64,000 nucleotides of DNA from Candidatus Palauibacter sp. (GTDB lineage Bacteria > Gemmatimonadota > Gemmatimonadetes > Palauibacterales > Palauibacteraceae): contig NZ_CBDBNY010000004.1 of the NCBI RefSeq assembly GCF_965208055.1, positions 640,155-704,154 of the forward strand, read 5' to 3'. Both the position numbers and the translations under genes were made by a program. The notes beneath the pieces were generated by a model. That model was given only the letters and a program-made list of their open reading frames with translations, was not told where the DNA came from and ran no database searches. Shown in pieces: positions 27,592 to 36,909 of this stretch (its first letter is position 1; every line of letters begins with the position of its first letter).

Positions 27592-28969
27592 GACGGCGAT
27601 CAGTCTCCCCGGCGACGCGATCGAGGCCCGACGCACGCCCTGGTCCGAGGAAGCCGAGATCTCCGTCCTCGGGGCGATGCTCATCGACGGCGACGCCGTG
27701 GCGACCGCCCTCGAGCGGATCGACGATTCCGCCTTCCACCGGGAAGGCAATCGCCGGATCTTCCGCGCGATGGTGCGTCTGTACGGCCGCGGCGACGTGA
27801 TCGATGCCGTCACGCTCGCGGACGAACTCCAGACCGCGGCGGAACTCGACGGTGTCGGAGGGATGGCGTACCTCGCCAAACTCGTGGACGCCGTGCCCAC
27901 CGCCGCCAACATCGGCTACCACTGCCGGATTCTGCGCGACAAGACGGTGCTTCGGCGGCTCATCTCCAGCGCCACCGAGATCATCCAGGACGCCTACGAA
28001 ACGGGGTCGGGAGAAGTCGACGAGACGCTCGACCGCGCCGAGCAGAGGATCTTCGAAATCTCGCAGGCGGAGCAGCGCGGGACCTTCGTCCGCATCAAGG
28101 AGGTCCTGCGCTCGACGATGGACCGGATCGACGAACTCGTGCGGAACCCGGGCTCGATCACCGGCGTCGCGTCGGGCTTCCCCGACCTCGACCGGATGAC
28201 GGCGGGGTTCCAGCCGGCCGATCTTGTCGTCCTCGCCGGGCGCCCCTCGATGGGCAAGACGGCCTTCGCGCTGAACATCGCCCAGCATACGGCGATCGCC
28301 GGGGATGTTCCGGTGGCGATCTTCTCGCTCGAAATGTCGAGAGAGTCGCTCGTCCAGCGGATGCTGAGTGCGGAATCCAAGGTGGATTCGAGCCGCCTCC
28401 GGACGGGGCGATTGAATTCCGACGACTTCACGCGGCTGGCGAGCGGAGCCGGACACCTGAACACGGCCCCGATCTGGATCGACGACACGCCCGCGATCTC
28501 GCCCATCGAACTCCGTGCCAAGGTGCGGCGCCTCCACGCGGAGGTCGGAGTCGGGCTCGTCGTGCTCGATTACCTGCAGCTGATGTCCGGCGGAGCGCGG
28601 GTCGAAAACCGCCAACAGGAAATCAGCGCGATCTCGCGGTCCCTGAAGGCGATTGCCAAGGAGGTCGGCGTGCCGCTCCTCGCGCTCTCCCAGCTCTCGC
28701 GAGCGCCGGAACAGCGCGAAGGGAATCGTCCGCGGCTCTCGGACCTGCGCGAATCGGGAGCGATCGAACAGGACGCGGACGTGGTCCTCTTCATCTTCCG
28801 TGAGGAGATGCACCGGAAGCCGGAAGAGGTGGAGGAGCGGGGACTGGCGGGGAAGGCCGAACTCATCGTGGGCAAGCAGCGCAACGGGCCGACCGGAACC
28901 GTCGAACTCTATTTCCACAAGGCCTTCACGGCGTTCGAATCCGTGAGCCGCCGTCCGGAACCCGACTAA
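27557..28969 (+). CDS. dnaB: replicative DNA helicase
   Basis: DnaB N-domain (EAEISVLGAMLID), Walker A (GRPSMGKTAFALN), and further motifs …LQLM… and QLSRAPEQR. No intein. Confidence 0.9.
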   Translation: MAWKIARPVLVETAISLPGDAIEARRTPWSEEAEISVLGAMLIDGDAVATALERIDDSAFHREGNRRIFRAMVRLYGRGDVIDAVTLADELQTAAELDGVGGMAYLAKLVDAVPTAANIGYHCRILRDKTVLRRLISSATEIIQDAYETGSGEVDETLDRAEQRIFEISQAEQRGTFVRIKEVLRSTMDRIDELVRNPGSITGVASGFPDLDRMTAGFQPADLVVLAGRPSMGKTAFALNIAQHTAIAGDVPVAIFSLEMSRESLVQRMLSAESKVDSSRLRTGRLNSDDFTRLASGAGHLNTAPIWIDDTPAISPIELRAKVRRLHAEVGVGLVVLDYLQLMSGGARVENRQQEISAISRSLKAIAKEVGVPLLALSQLSRAPEQREGNRPRLSDLRESGAIEQDADVVLFIFREEMHRKPEEVEERGLAGKAELIVGKQRNGPTGTVELYFHKAFTAFESVSRRPEPD

Positions 28970-29697
28970 TGCGGTCGCGAGGCCCGGCGGCTCCCCGCGG
29001 CGTGGGCGCCATCGTCGTCGCGGCGGGGCAGGGGCATCGCTTCGGCGCCTCACGGCCCAAGCAGTTCGTCGATCTCTGCGGCATGCCGGTTCTCGCCTGG
29101 TCGGTACGGACGTTTCTCGACCATCCCGACATCGACCGGGTCGCGCTGGTGCTTTCTCCGCCGCGGGCGGCGTCGCCCCCGGCATGGCTTCCGGATGGGA
29201 TTCTCGTCGTGCCGGGTGGCGTGTTTCGGGCCGATTCCGTGCGTGCCGGCATCGAAGCCCTGGCGGGGGACGTCGAGACCGTGCTCGTGCACGATGGGGC
29301 GCGTCCGTTCGTGTCGGCCGAGCTCGTTTCCCGCGTCGTGAACGGAGCGCGGGGCGGCCCGGTGGTGCCGGTGATCGCCGTGGAAGACACGGTGAAGCGG
29401 GTGGACGAGGGAGGATGGATCGAGGAGACCGTGCCACGCGAGCAGCTCCGCCGCGTACAGACGCCACAGGGGTTTCCGGCCGAGGTCCTGAACCGTACTC
29501 ACGCACTCGAGGATGCGGGTGCGTGGGAGGCGCAGGACGCCGCGGCGATCACGGACGACGCGTCGCTGTGCGAGCGGCTCGGCATCGACGTTGCCACCGT
29601 GGAGGGGGATCCGGCGAACCTGAAGATCACGACCGCGCGCGACCTCGCGCTGGCGCGCGCCATGGTTGAGACCGGGTTGATCGCTGCGGGGAACTAG
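28969..29697 (+). CDS. ispD: 2-C-methyl-D-erythritol 4-phosphate cytidylyltransferase
   Basis: IspD signature region (GAIVVAAGQGHRFG…PKQF…VHDGARP). TAATG overlap with dnaB. Confidence 0.85.
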   Translation: MRSRGPAAPRGVGAIVVAAGQGHRFGASRPKQFVDLCGMPVLAWSVRTFLDHPDIDRVALVLSPPRAASPPAWLPDGILVVPGGVFRADSVRAGIEALAGDVETVLVHDGARPFVSAELVSRVVNGARGGPVVPVIAVEDTVKRVDEGGWIEETVPREQLRRVQTPQGFPAEVLNRTHALEDAGAWEAQDAAAITDDASLCERLGIDVATVEGDPANLKITTARDLALARAMVETGLIAAGN

Positions 29698-29730
29698 TGT
29701 CATGGAGACGGGAGCGGGAACGGTATCGAC

Positions 29731-30408
29731 GTGGTGAAATGGCGCGAGTGGGCGGGCGCTCCGGGGTCAACCGGACCGGGCCGGGCGCCGGTGGCCGAAG
29801 ATGACGCGCTCGACCGGGCGGTGGCGCTGCTCGACGCCGGGGGGGTCGTGGCTCACCCGACTTCGACGGTATACGGGCTGGGTGGCCGTCCGTGGCCGGA
29901 GGTCGACGCGCGGATTGCCGCGATCAAGCGGCGGCCGCTTGGGCCGCTGATCCGGCTTGCCGCGAGCCGTACCGCGCTCGTTGAGGCGCTGCCCGGGACA
30001 CGGTGGACGGAGGCGGCGCGCCGGATTGCCGACGCCTTCTGGCCGGGACCGCTCACTCTGGTGCTGGAGGACGGGAGCCGCACCGGGGTTGCCGTGCGCG
30101 TCGACCCTCATCCGGTCGTGCGACGCCTCCTCGATCGAGCCGGCGGGCTGATGACATCAACGAGCCTGAACGTGACGGGGAGACCCCCCGCGAGGACGGG
30201 CGGGGAGGTGCGGGCCGTGCTGTCGAGGGTCGGATCCGATGCGGGAACCGTGGGTTGGCTCGACGTGGGCGATCTCGCCGGCTCGACTCCGTCGACCCTC
30301 GTGCGCGTGACGGGGGAAGCGGTCGAGATTCTGCGGCAGGGCGCCGTGCCGGCGACGGACATCACCCGGGTCCTCTCGCCGCATCCTCTCGGAAGGCCGT
30401 CCCCATGA
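29731..30408 (+). CDS. tsaC: L-threonylcarbamoyladenylate synthase (YrdC/Sua5 domain)
   Basis: YrdC fold motif (VVAHPTSTVYGLGG). The start is uncertain (GTG 29731). Confidence 0.75.
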   Translation: MVKWREWAGAPGSTGPGRAPVAEDDALDRAVALLDAGGVVAHPTSTVYGLGGRPWPEVDARIAAIKRRPLGPLIRLAASRTALVEALPGTRWTEAARRIADAFWPGPLTLVLEDGSRTGVAVRVDPHPVVRRLLDRAGGLMTSTSLNVTGRPPARTGGEVRAVLSRVGSDAGTVGWLDVGDLAGSTPSTLVRVTGEAVEILRQGAVPATDITRVLSPHPLGRPSP

Positions 30409-30893
30409 ACCTCCTCTTCGTCTGCACCGGCAACATATGTCGCAGTCCTCTGGCCGAGGTGATCGCGGGGGCGGAAGCCGACGCGCGGGGGTGGTCGGAG
30501 GTCTCGTGCGCATCGGCGGGGACCTTCGCCTTTCCCGGCCGGCCGGCCTCCGGTCCCGGGATTGCGGTCGCCGCCGCGCACGGACTGGACCTCGCGGGAC
30601 ACGCCTCCCGGGAACTCTCGCCGGAACTGGTCGAGTGGGCCGACGTGATCATCGGCATGGAGGCGTCGCATGCCGGGGCGGTCGCACGCCTGGCTCCGGA
30701 CGCGGCCGTCCACGTCATGACGGATTTCCTGCCCCCGCGCCACAGCCGGCGCGAAGGCGGGGTCCCGGATCCGTATGGCGGAGATATCGAGACGTACGAA
30801 GCGACGCGGGAGTTGCTGACGCGGGCCATGCGGGGGCTCTTTGACGCGCTCGACGAAGACGAACGAGGAGGAGGCGTAGGAGCCGGGTCGTGA
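30405..30893 (+). CDS. low-molecular-weight protein phosphatase (LMW-PTP/YwlE-like)
   Basis: CX5R P-loop at the N-terminus (LFVCTGNICRSPLAE) and a DP motif. ATGA overlap with tsaC. Confidence 0.8.
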   Translation: MNLLFVCTGNICRSPLAEVIAGAEADARGWSEVSCASAGTFAFPGRPASGPGIAVAAAHGLDLAGHASRELSPELVEWADVIIGMEASHAGAVARLAPDAAVHVMTDFLPPRHSRREGGVPDPYGGDIETYEATRELLTRAMRGLFDALDEDERGGGVGAGS

Positions 30894-31777
30894 CGCTCCG
30901 CTTCGTGCTCCTCGGGGATCCCGTGCGGCACTCGATTTCACCCGCGATGCACCGCGCAGCTTTCGAGATCCGCGAACTCGACGCGGAATACACCGCCCGG
31001 CGGACCGCTCCCGGCGAAGTCGGATCGATCATGCGGAGTGCGGGTCTGGCCGGCGGAAACGTGACGCTCCCGCACAAGCTCCGGGCGGCCCGAGCCCTCA
31101 CGCGACCGAGCGCCGCGGTTCGCGCGACCGGGGCGTGCAACTGCTGGTGGCGACGCACGGATGGTGAACTCGCGGGCGACAACACGGACGTCGGCGGGCT
31201 CCGCATCGCCCTTTCCCGTCTCGGCTTCCAGCCGCAGGGCGGGCGCGTGCTCCTCCTGGGCGCCGGGGGCGCGGCCCGGGCCGCGGTTCATGCACTGCTC
31301 GAAGGCGGAGTGTCGTCCGTCGAGATCCTCAACCGGACGCCGGCACGTGCACACGCGCTGCGAGATCGGGCGCTGGCCCACGCGACCGACGCCGCCCGCG
31401 CGGCGGACGCCGTGCGTGTAGCCGCGGCGCCGCACCCCGGCGCGACGTACGATCTCGTGCTGAATTCGACGAGCCTTGGGCTTTCGCCCGGGGATCCGTT
31501 TCCCCTCGACCTGGGTCCGGGAGGGCACGGGGGGCGGTTCGGCGCAGCCGTCGACATGGTGTACGCCGCGGGAGGGACGGCGTGGATTCGACACGCGCGC
31601 ACGCTCGGCATCCGGGCCACGGATGGACTCGACATGCTCGTGGGCCAGGCGGCGCTCTCGCTCGAGCGCTGGTTCCCCGGCCTCGAGGCCCCGTTCGAGG
31701 CGATGCGAGAGGCAGCTGTGGCTGAACTCGCAGCGCGGTCGGGGCCGGAATCGGGGGATGGATCGGGCACCGGGTGA
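30890..31777 (+). CDS. aroE: shikimate dehydrogenase
   Basis: Signature residues (SISPAMH…NVTLPHK…NTD) and an NADP Rossmann motif (LLGAGGAARA). GTGA overlap. Confidence 0.8.
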   Translation: MTLRFVLLGDPVRHSISPAMHRAAFEIRELDAEYTARRTAPGEVGSIMRSAGLAGGNVTLPHKLRAARALTRPSAAVRATGACNCWWRRTDGELAGDNTDVGGLRIALSRLGFQPQGGRVLLLGAGGAARAAVHALLEGGVSSVEILNRTPARAHALRDRALAHATDAARAADAVRVAAAPHPGATYDLVLNSTSLGLSPGDPFPLDLGPGGHGGRFGAAVDMVYAAGGTAWIRHARTLGIRATDGLDMLVGQAALSLERWFPGLEAPFEAMREAAVAELAARSGPESGDGSGTG

Positions 31778-32610
31778 GTGCCGCGGCTCGTGCCGGCCGG
31801 CTCCGTCTCATGGGCCGGGCGGCCGCCGCGGCCTTCGATGCGCTCGTGCCCGCGGCGTGTGTGGGCTGCCGCCGCGGCGTCGCTCCCGATGGCCCGCCGC
31901 TGTGCGCCCTGTGTCGGTCACGATTCCCGCGGCTGGCGAATCCCCGCTGCCCCCGCTGCGCTCAGCCGCTCGGCAACATCGCGGCCGCGGCCGGGGAACT
32001 CGTGCGGTGCGGCACTTGCGAGGAGTGGCCCGACGTCCTGGCGGCGGCCGACGCGCCCTTCGCCTTCGAAGGTCTGGCCGCCCGGACGGTGCGCGCCCTG
32101 AAATACGACCGTTGGCGTGCACTCGCTCCGTGGATGGCCGCCCGCATGGCTCCCGGCGCCGAAGCGATGGCGTCCCGGATCGGCGAAGGCGCGCCGTGGC
32201 TGGTCCCGGTGCCGCTCGCGCCCGCCCGGCAGCGGGAACGGGGATTCAATCAGGCGGGGGAACTGGCCCGCGCGCTTGCCGACCGCGGTGTCGGGCCCCT
32301 GGGATTGTTCCTCGCCCGCCGGCCGGGAGGCGGTCGCCAGGCCGGCGTCCGCGGGGCTCTGCGCCGCGCGAACGTACAGGGCCGCTTCCGGTTGCGCGCC
32401 GGCCTCCCTCACGAGCGCCGGAGCGCCATGATCGTCGATGATGTGCTCACCACGGGAGCCACCGCGATCGCCTGCGCCGAGACGCTGGCCGAGGCTGGAT
32501 TCCGCAACGTGGCCACCGTTAGTTTTGCGCGCACCTTGCGTCCCCTGGACAGGGACGAGTCACCGACCGGGCGCTTCGCCCCTGATCCTTCCCGAGAGGA
32601 ATCCGAATGA
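31774..32610 (+). CDS. comF: ComF family phosphoribosyltransferase-domain protein
   Basis: Double zinc ribbon (CVGC…CALC…CPRC…CGTC) followed by a PRTase motif ([12 protein letters not shown]). GTGA overlap. Confidence 0.75.
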   Translation: MSAAARAGRLRLMGRAAAAAFDALVPAACVGCRRGVAPDGPPLCALCRSRFPRLANPRCPRCAQPLGNIAAAAGELVRCGTCEEWPDVLAAADAPFAFEGLAARTVRALKYDRWRALAPWMAARMAPGAEAMASRIGEGAPWLVPVPLAPARQRERGFNQAGELARALADRGVGPLGLFLARRPGGGRQAGVRGALRRANVQGRFRLRAGLPHERRSAMIVDDVLTTGATAIACAETLAEAGFRNVATVSFARTLRPLDRDESPTGRFAPDPSREESE

Positions 32611-33635
32611 GTGTGAGGGTTGCCATCAACGGTTTCGGCCGCATCGGCCGGAATATCCTCCGAGCGGCGCTTCAGAGCCCGCGCGGAGACCTTGATTTCG
32701 TTGCGATCAACGATCTCACGGATGCGGCGACGCTCGCCCATCTGTTCAAGTACGACTCCGTGCATGGGCGCTTCCCCGGCGACGTGCGCGTGGACGGGGG
32801 AGAACTCATCCTGGGAGAGGAGCGTGTGCGCGTCTTCTCCGAACGCGACCCGGCCAACCTTCCCTGGGCGGAACTCGGCGTGGACGTCGCGATCGAATCC
32901 ACCGGGATCTTTCGCAAGAAGGAAGATGCGACCCGGCACATGAGCGCGGGCGCGAAGAAGGTCATCATCTCCGCCCCCGGCGTCGAACCGGACATCACGC
33001 TGGTCCTGGGCGTGAACGCGGATGAATACGACCCGGCGAAGCATGACGTGATCTCGAACGCGAGCTGCACGACCAACTGCATCGCTCCGGTCGTGAAGGT
33101 CCTGCTGGACCGCTTCGGCTTCGAACGCGGTCTCATGACGACCGTTCACGCGTACACGAACGGCCAGCAGCTCCTCGACCTGCAGCACAAGGATCTCCGG
33201 CGTGCCCGCGCCGCCGCGCTCTCGATCATCCCCACGACGACGGGCGCGGCGAAGGCCGTGGGTCTCGTTCTTCCGGAGGTGAGTGGACGACTCGACGGAA
33301 TGGCGATGCGCGTCCCGACGCCGAACGTGTCGATCGTGGACCTCGTGGCCACCGTGTCGCGGAGCACGTCGGCGGGCGAGCTCAACGCCGCGTTTCGCGA
33401 GGCTGCGGAGGGGCCGCTCGACGGCGTGCTCGAATACACCGAGGAACCGCTCGTATCCGTCGACTTCACGGGACACCCCGCCAGCGCGATCATCGACGCA
33501 CAGTCGACATCGGTCATGGACGGCACGCTCGTGAAGGTCATTTCGTGGTACGACAACGAGTGGGGGTACTCGAATCGCCTGGTGGACCTGGCGAGTTTCG
33601 TCGGAGAGCGTCTGCCCGCCTCCGTCGGGGCCTGA
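32607..33635 (+). CDS. gap: glyceraldehyde-3-phosphate dehydrogenase, type I
   Basis: N-terminus INGFGRIGR and the active site SCTTNCIAP. Confidence 0.9.
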   Translation: MSVRVAINGFGRIGRNILRAALQSPRGDLDFVAINDLTDAATLAHLFKYDSVHGRFPGDVRVDGGELILGEERVRVFSERDPANLPWAELGVDVAIESTGIFRKKEDATRHMSAGAKKVIISAPGVEPDITLVLGVNADEYDPAKHDVISNASCTTNCIAPVVKVLLDRFGFERGLMTTVHAYTNGQQLLDLQHKDLRRARAAALSIIPTTTGAAKAVGLVLPEVSGRLDGMAMRVPTPNVSIVDLVATVSRSTSAGELNAAFREAAEGPLDGVLEYTEEPLVSVDFTGHPASAIIDAQSTSVMDGTLVKVISWYDNEWGYSNRLVDLASFVGERLPASVGA

Positions 33636-33655
33636 GCGGCCCGAACCGCCCTCTC

Positions 33656-34852
33656 GTGGCCAGGACCCTGCGCGACCTCCCGGCCGATCTGGCCGGGAAG
33701 CGGGCACTCGTGCGAGTGGACTACAACGTGCCGCTCGACGCGGGGCAGGTTGCGGATGCGACGCGTATCGAAGCATCGCTGCCGACGCTCCGGTGGTTGC
33801 TGCGGCGTGACGCGCGGCCGGTGCTGCTCTCGCATCTGGGCCGGCCGGCCGGGCGCCCGAATCCCGCGCTGTCGCTGAAGCCCGTGGCCTCCGCGCTCGC
33901 CGACCTCCTCGGGAGCGAAGTCCTCTTTTCCGCCCCGTGCGACGGGAAGGATGCGCTCCGCGCCAGCCGCGAACTGCGGAGCGGGCAGGTCCTCCTTCTG
34001 GAGAACACGCGCTTCCTGCCCGGGGAGACGGCGAACGACGAAGCGCTCGCCGGTCGCCTCGCCCGACTCGGCGACTTCTTCGTCAATGACGCTTTCGGCA
34101 CGCTGCACCGCGCGCACGCGTCGACGACGGGCGTGCCCGCCCGGCTGAACCCTGCCGCGGCGGGGTTGCTCGTCGAGCGCGAAGTGGAGGCGCTGGGCGC
34201 GCTCGACCGACCGCGCCGCCCGTTCGTCGTCGCCTTCGGAGGGGCCAAGATTGCCGACAAGATCGAACTCATGCGCCGCTTCGTGGAACGCGCCGATCTG
34301 ATCCTCGTGGGCGGCGCCATGGCGAATACGTTCCTCCGTGCACAGGGGATCGAGACCGGAGCCTCGCTCGTCGAGGAGGCGGCGCTCGACCTCGCCCGGT
34401 CCATCCTGTCCGCAGGGGAGGAACGCATCCGGCTGCCGACCGACGTGATCGTCGTGGACCGGTCGAGCGGGGCGGGGGAGAGCGTCGCGGACGTGCGGGT
34501 CGATGCGATCGAGCCGGGGATGGCCGCCCTGGACATCGGACCCGAGTCTCGCGGTCGCTACGCCGAGGCGCTGCGCGGGTGCGCCGCCTTCTTCTGGAAC
34601 GGTCCCATGGGCCTGTTCGAAGACCCGCGGTTTGCGGCGGGGACGCTTGCCATCGCGGAAGCCGCCGCGGAGGTGACGGCGACGGGCGGGTTCACGGTCA
34701 TCGGGGGCGGCGACTCCGCGGCGGCCATTCGCCGGGCCGGGCTTCTCGACCACGTATCGCATGTCTGCACCGGGGGCGGAGCCGCCCTCGAGTACCTGTC
34801 GAGCGGGCGCTTGCCCGGACTCGATGTTCTCGTCGAAAGGAGGCGTCCGTGA
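33656..34852 (+). CDS. pgk: phosphoglycerate kinase
   Basis: Signature VRVDYNVPLD and a PGK C-terminus. The start is set at in-frame GTG 33656, after the gap stop. The ORF-track start overlaps gap and is too early. Confidence 0.85.
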   Translation: MARTLRDLPADLAGKRALVRVDYNVPLDAGQVADATRIEASLPTLRWLLRRDARPVLLSHLGRPAGRPNPALSLKPVASALADLLGSEVLFSAPCDGKDALRASRELRSGQVLLLENTRFLPGETANDEALAGRLARLGDFFVNDAFGTLHRAHASTTGVPARLNPAAAGLLVEREVEALGALDRPRRPFVVAFGGAKIADKIELMRRFVERADLILVGGAMANTFLRAQGIETGASLVEEAALDLARSILSAGEERIRLPTDVIVVDRSSGAGESVADVRVDAIEPGMAALDIGPESRGRYAEALRGCAAFFWNGPMGLFEDPRFAAGTLAIAEAAAEVTATGGFTVIGGGDSAAAIRRAGLLDHVSHVCTGGGAALEYLSSGRLPGLDVLVERRRP

Positions 34853-35613
34853 GTCAGCCGCGTACCCCCGTATTCGCCGCGAACTGGAAGATGTGCCACG
34901 GCCCCGATGAGACCGGGACGTTCGTGGAACGGTTCGCGGCGCGCCACAGACGCCGCAGCGACGCGACGGTGGTCGTGTTCCCCCCCGCCATCAGCCTGAC
35001 GGCCTTTGCGGCGGCGGCCTCCGGGCGTCCGGATCTGGAGTTCGGCGTGCAGGACGTACACACCGAGGTCCAGGGTGCGCACACGAGCGGCATCTCGGCG
35101 GGCATGGTCCCCGCGACGGGCGCCGCCTGGGCACTGGCGGGCCACTCGGAACGCCGGCGGGAGTTCGGCGACAGCGATGCGGACGTGGGACTCAAGCTGG
35201 TTCGCATTCTGGAGGCCGGACTCCGTCCCGTCCTGTGTGTGGGCGAGACGCTCGAGGAGCGCGAGTCCGGACGGCTGGCGACGGTGCTCGAAACGCAGAT
35301 TCGGGAAGCCCTCCGCCCACTCGACCAGGAGGACCGAACCCGTCTCGTATACGCCTACGAGCCCGTCTGGGCGATCGGCACCGGGCGTACGGCGAGCCCC
35401 GCCGATGCCGCGGAGGCCCACGCCATCGTCCGTGACCGGCTCGCGCAGGCGGAGGGATGCGACGCCGAACGGGCGGTGATCCTCTACGGCGGAAGCGTCA
35501 AGCCGGCCAACATCGAGGCGCTCCTCTCCGCCCGGGGGGTGGACGGCGTACTCGTGGGGGGGGCGAGTCTCGATCCCGACAGTTGGGCCTCGATCTGCGC
35601 GGCGGGCGCATAA
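34849..35613 (+). CDS. tpiA: triosephosphate isomerase
   Basis: Signature motifs (ANWKM…GHSERR…YEPVWAIGTG). GTG 34849 gives a GTGA overlap with pgk. Confidence 0.85.
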   Translation: MSQPRTPVFAANWKMCHGPDETGTFVERFAARHRRRSDATVVVFPPAISLTAFAAAASGRPDLEFGVQDVHTEVQGAHTSGISAGMVPATGAAWALAGHSERRREFGDSDADVGLKLVRILEAGLRPVLCVGETLEERESGRLATVLETQIREALRPLDQEDRTRLVYAYEPVWAIGTGRTASPADAAEAHAIVRDRLAQAEGCDAERAVILYGGSVKPANIEALLSARGVDGVLVGGASLDPDSWASICAAGA

Positions 35614-35671
35614 CTGGCACGGTCTTGGCGGCCACTCTAGTTTGAGCGACTGATCCAACCATAGCGGGTAG

Positions 35672-36142
35672 ATGATGTTCACGTTCCTGATCGTATTGAT
35701 TTCGCTGATCGCGCTCGTGCTGTGCGTGATGATCCTCATCCAGTCCGGCAAGGGCGGCGGGCTCGCCGCCTCCTTCGGCGGAGCCTCGTCCTCCACGGAC
35801 TCCTTCATGGGCGGTCGGCAGGCGGCCAACGCGTTGACGAAAATGAGTTGGTACGGCGGGGGGAGTTTCCTCCTCCTCGCGCTCGTGCTGACCGTCCTCT
35901 CGGCCCGTCCGGATGCAGCGCCCGAGTCGATCCTGCGTCAGGGACTTCCCGGTCAGCAGAGTCTCCCTGAAGCGCCGGCTTCTCTGCTGGAGCTTTCGCC
36001 CGACCTCGAAGGAGGTCTCGAAGAAGGCGCCCCGTCCGACGAAGGCGCCACGCCCGGGTCGGAGGAGGGCGCCGCGGGTTCGGAAGGGACGGAAGGCGAC
36101 GACGGGAATCCCGATTCCGGAAGCGGGAACCCCGGCCAGTAA
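35672..36142 (+). CDS. secG: preprotein translocase subunit SecG with extended acidic low-complexity C-terminus
   Basis: SecG core (MMFTFLIVLISLIALVLCVMILIQSGKGGGL…) occupies ~80 aa. It is followed by ~70 aa rich in G/E/S/P/D. Confidence 0.8.
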   Translation: MMFTFLIVLISLIALVLCVMILIQSGKGGGLAASFGGASSSTDSFMGGRQAANALTKMSWYGGGSFLLLALVLTVLSARPDAAPESILRQGLPGQQSLPEAPASLLELSPDLEGGLEEGAPSDEGATPGSEEGAAGSEGTEGDDGNPDSGSGNPGQ

Positions 36143-36166
36143 CCCGCCAGCGGCGGGGACGGGTCG

Positions 36167-36817
36167 TCAGTCTCTGTCGGCCATGCCCGGGGCGGGAGGT
36201 CGAGGGTCCTCCGCGAACGCGTCGCTCGGCAGATCCGGAAACTCGACGTACCGCTCCCTCTCCTGCGCCTCCGCGAGCCACCGCTCGAACCCGGACGGGA
36301 CGAGTCCATCGGTGCCGCATCGATCTCGCGCCGCCGTCACCGCAAGGTGGTCGGCGTAGGTGTTCTTCACGTCTCCGGCGTGTCCCCGAGTCCAGCGCCA
36401 CTCGACGCGATGGCGCGCGGCGATCCGGACGAGTTCCCGCCACAGCTCGAGGTTTTCGATCGGCCCGCCCTTCCGGCGCCAGCCGCGGCGGGCCCAGCCG
36501 TGTACCCACTCCTTCATTCCGCGGATGAGATATTGGCTGTCGCTCGTGAAGACGACGCGACACGCCTGCCGCAGGGCGCCGAGCCCGACGATGCCGGAGG
36601 TGATCGCCATCCGGTTGTTCGTCGTATCCGGATCGAAGTGGGCGAAGTCCCGCCGGTACCAGCCGCGCCGCTCATCGAATCGTTCGATGAGGCCGGCGGC
36701 GGCCCCCGGATTCCTGCGATTCTCGAACTGGTTGCCGAGGCAGGACTCGTCGGCGAAGATATGAACGAGCGGAGCATCGGTCCCGCTCTCCCGCCCGGGT
36801 CCGGAGTCGGTGGTCAA
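36167..36817 (-). CDS. rnhA: ribonuclease HI
   Basis: RNase H motifs (IFADESCLGN…TNNRMAITSGI…TSDSQY…W.TRGHAGD.KN..AD.LA). The start is inferred at in-frame TTG 36817. It carries a ~60-aa C-terminal extension. Confidence 0.75.
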   Translation of the reverse strand: MTTDSGPGRESGTDAPLVHIFADESCLGNQFENRRNPGAAAGLIERFDERRGWYRRDFAHFDPDTTNNRMAITSGIVGLGALRQACRVVFTSDSQYLIRGMKEWVHGWARRGWRRKGGPIENLELWRELVRIAARHRVEWRWTRGHAGDVKNTYADHLAVTAARDRCGTDGLVPSGFERWLAEAQERERYVEFPDLPSDAFAEDPRPPAPGMADRD

Positions 36818-36909
36818 CGCGCCTCCCGAAGCTTGGGTTCGCGAGGTGCGCGGGCCGCGAGCCGATGCCCGGGTCCCCGCACCTTCAACCGCCACATTGG
36901 ACGCGCCCC

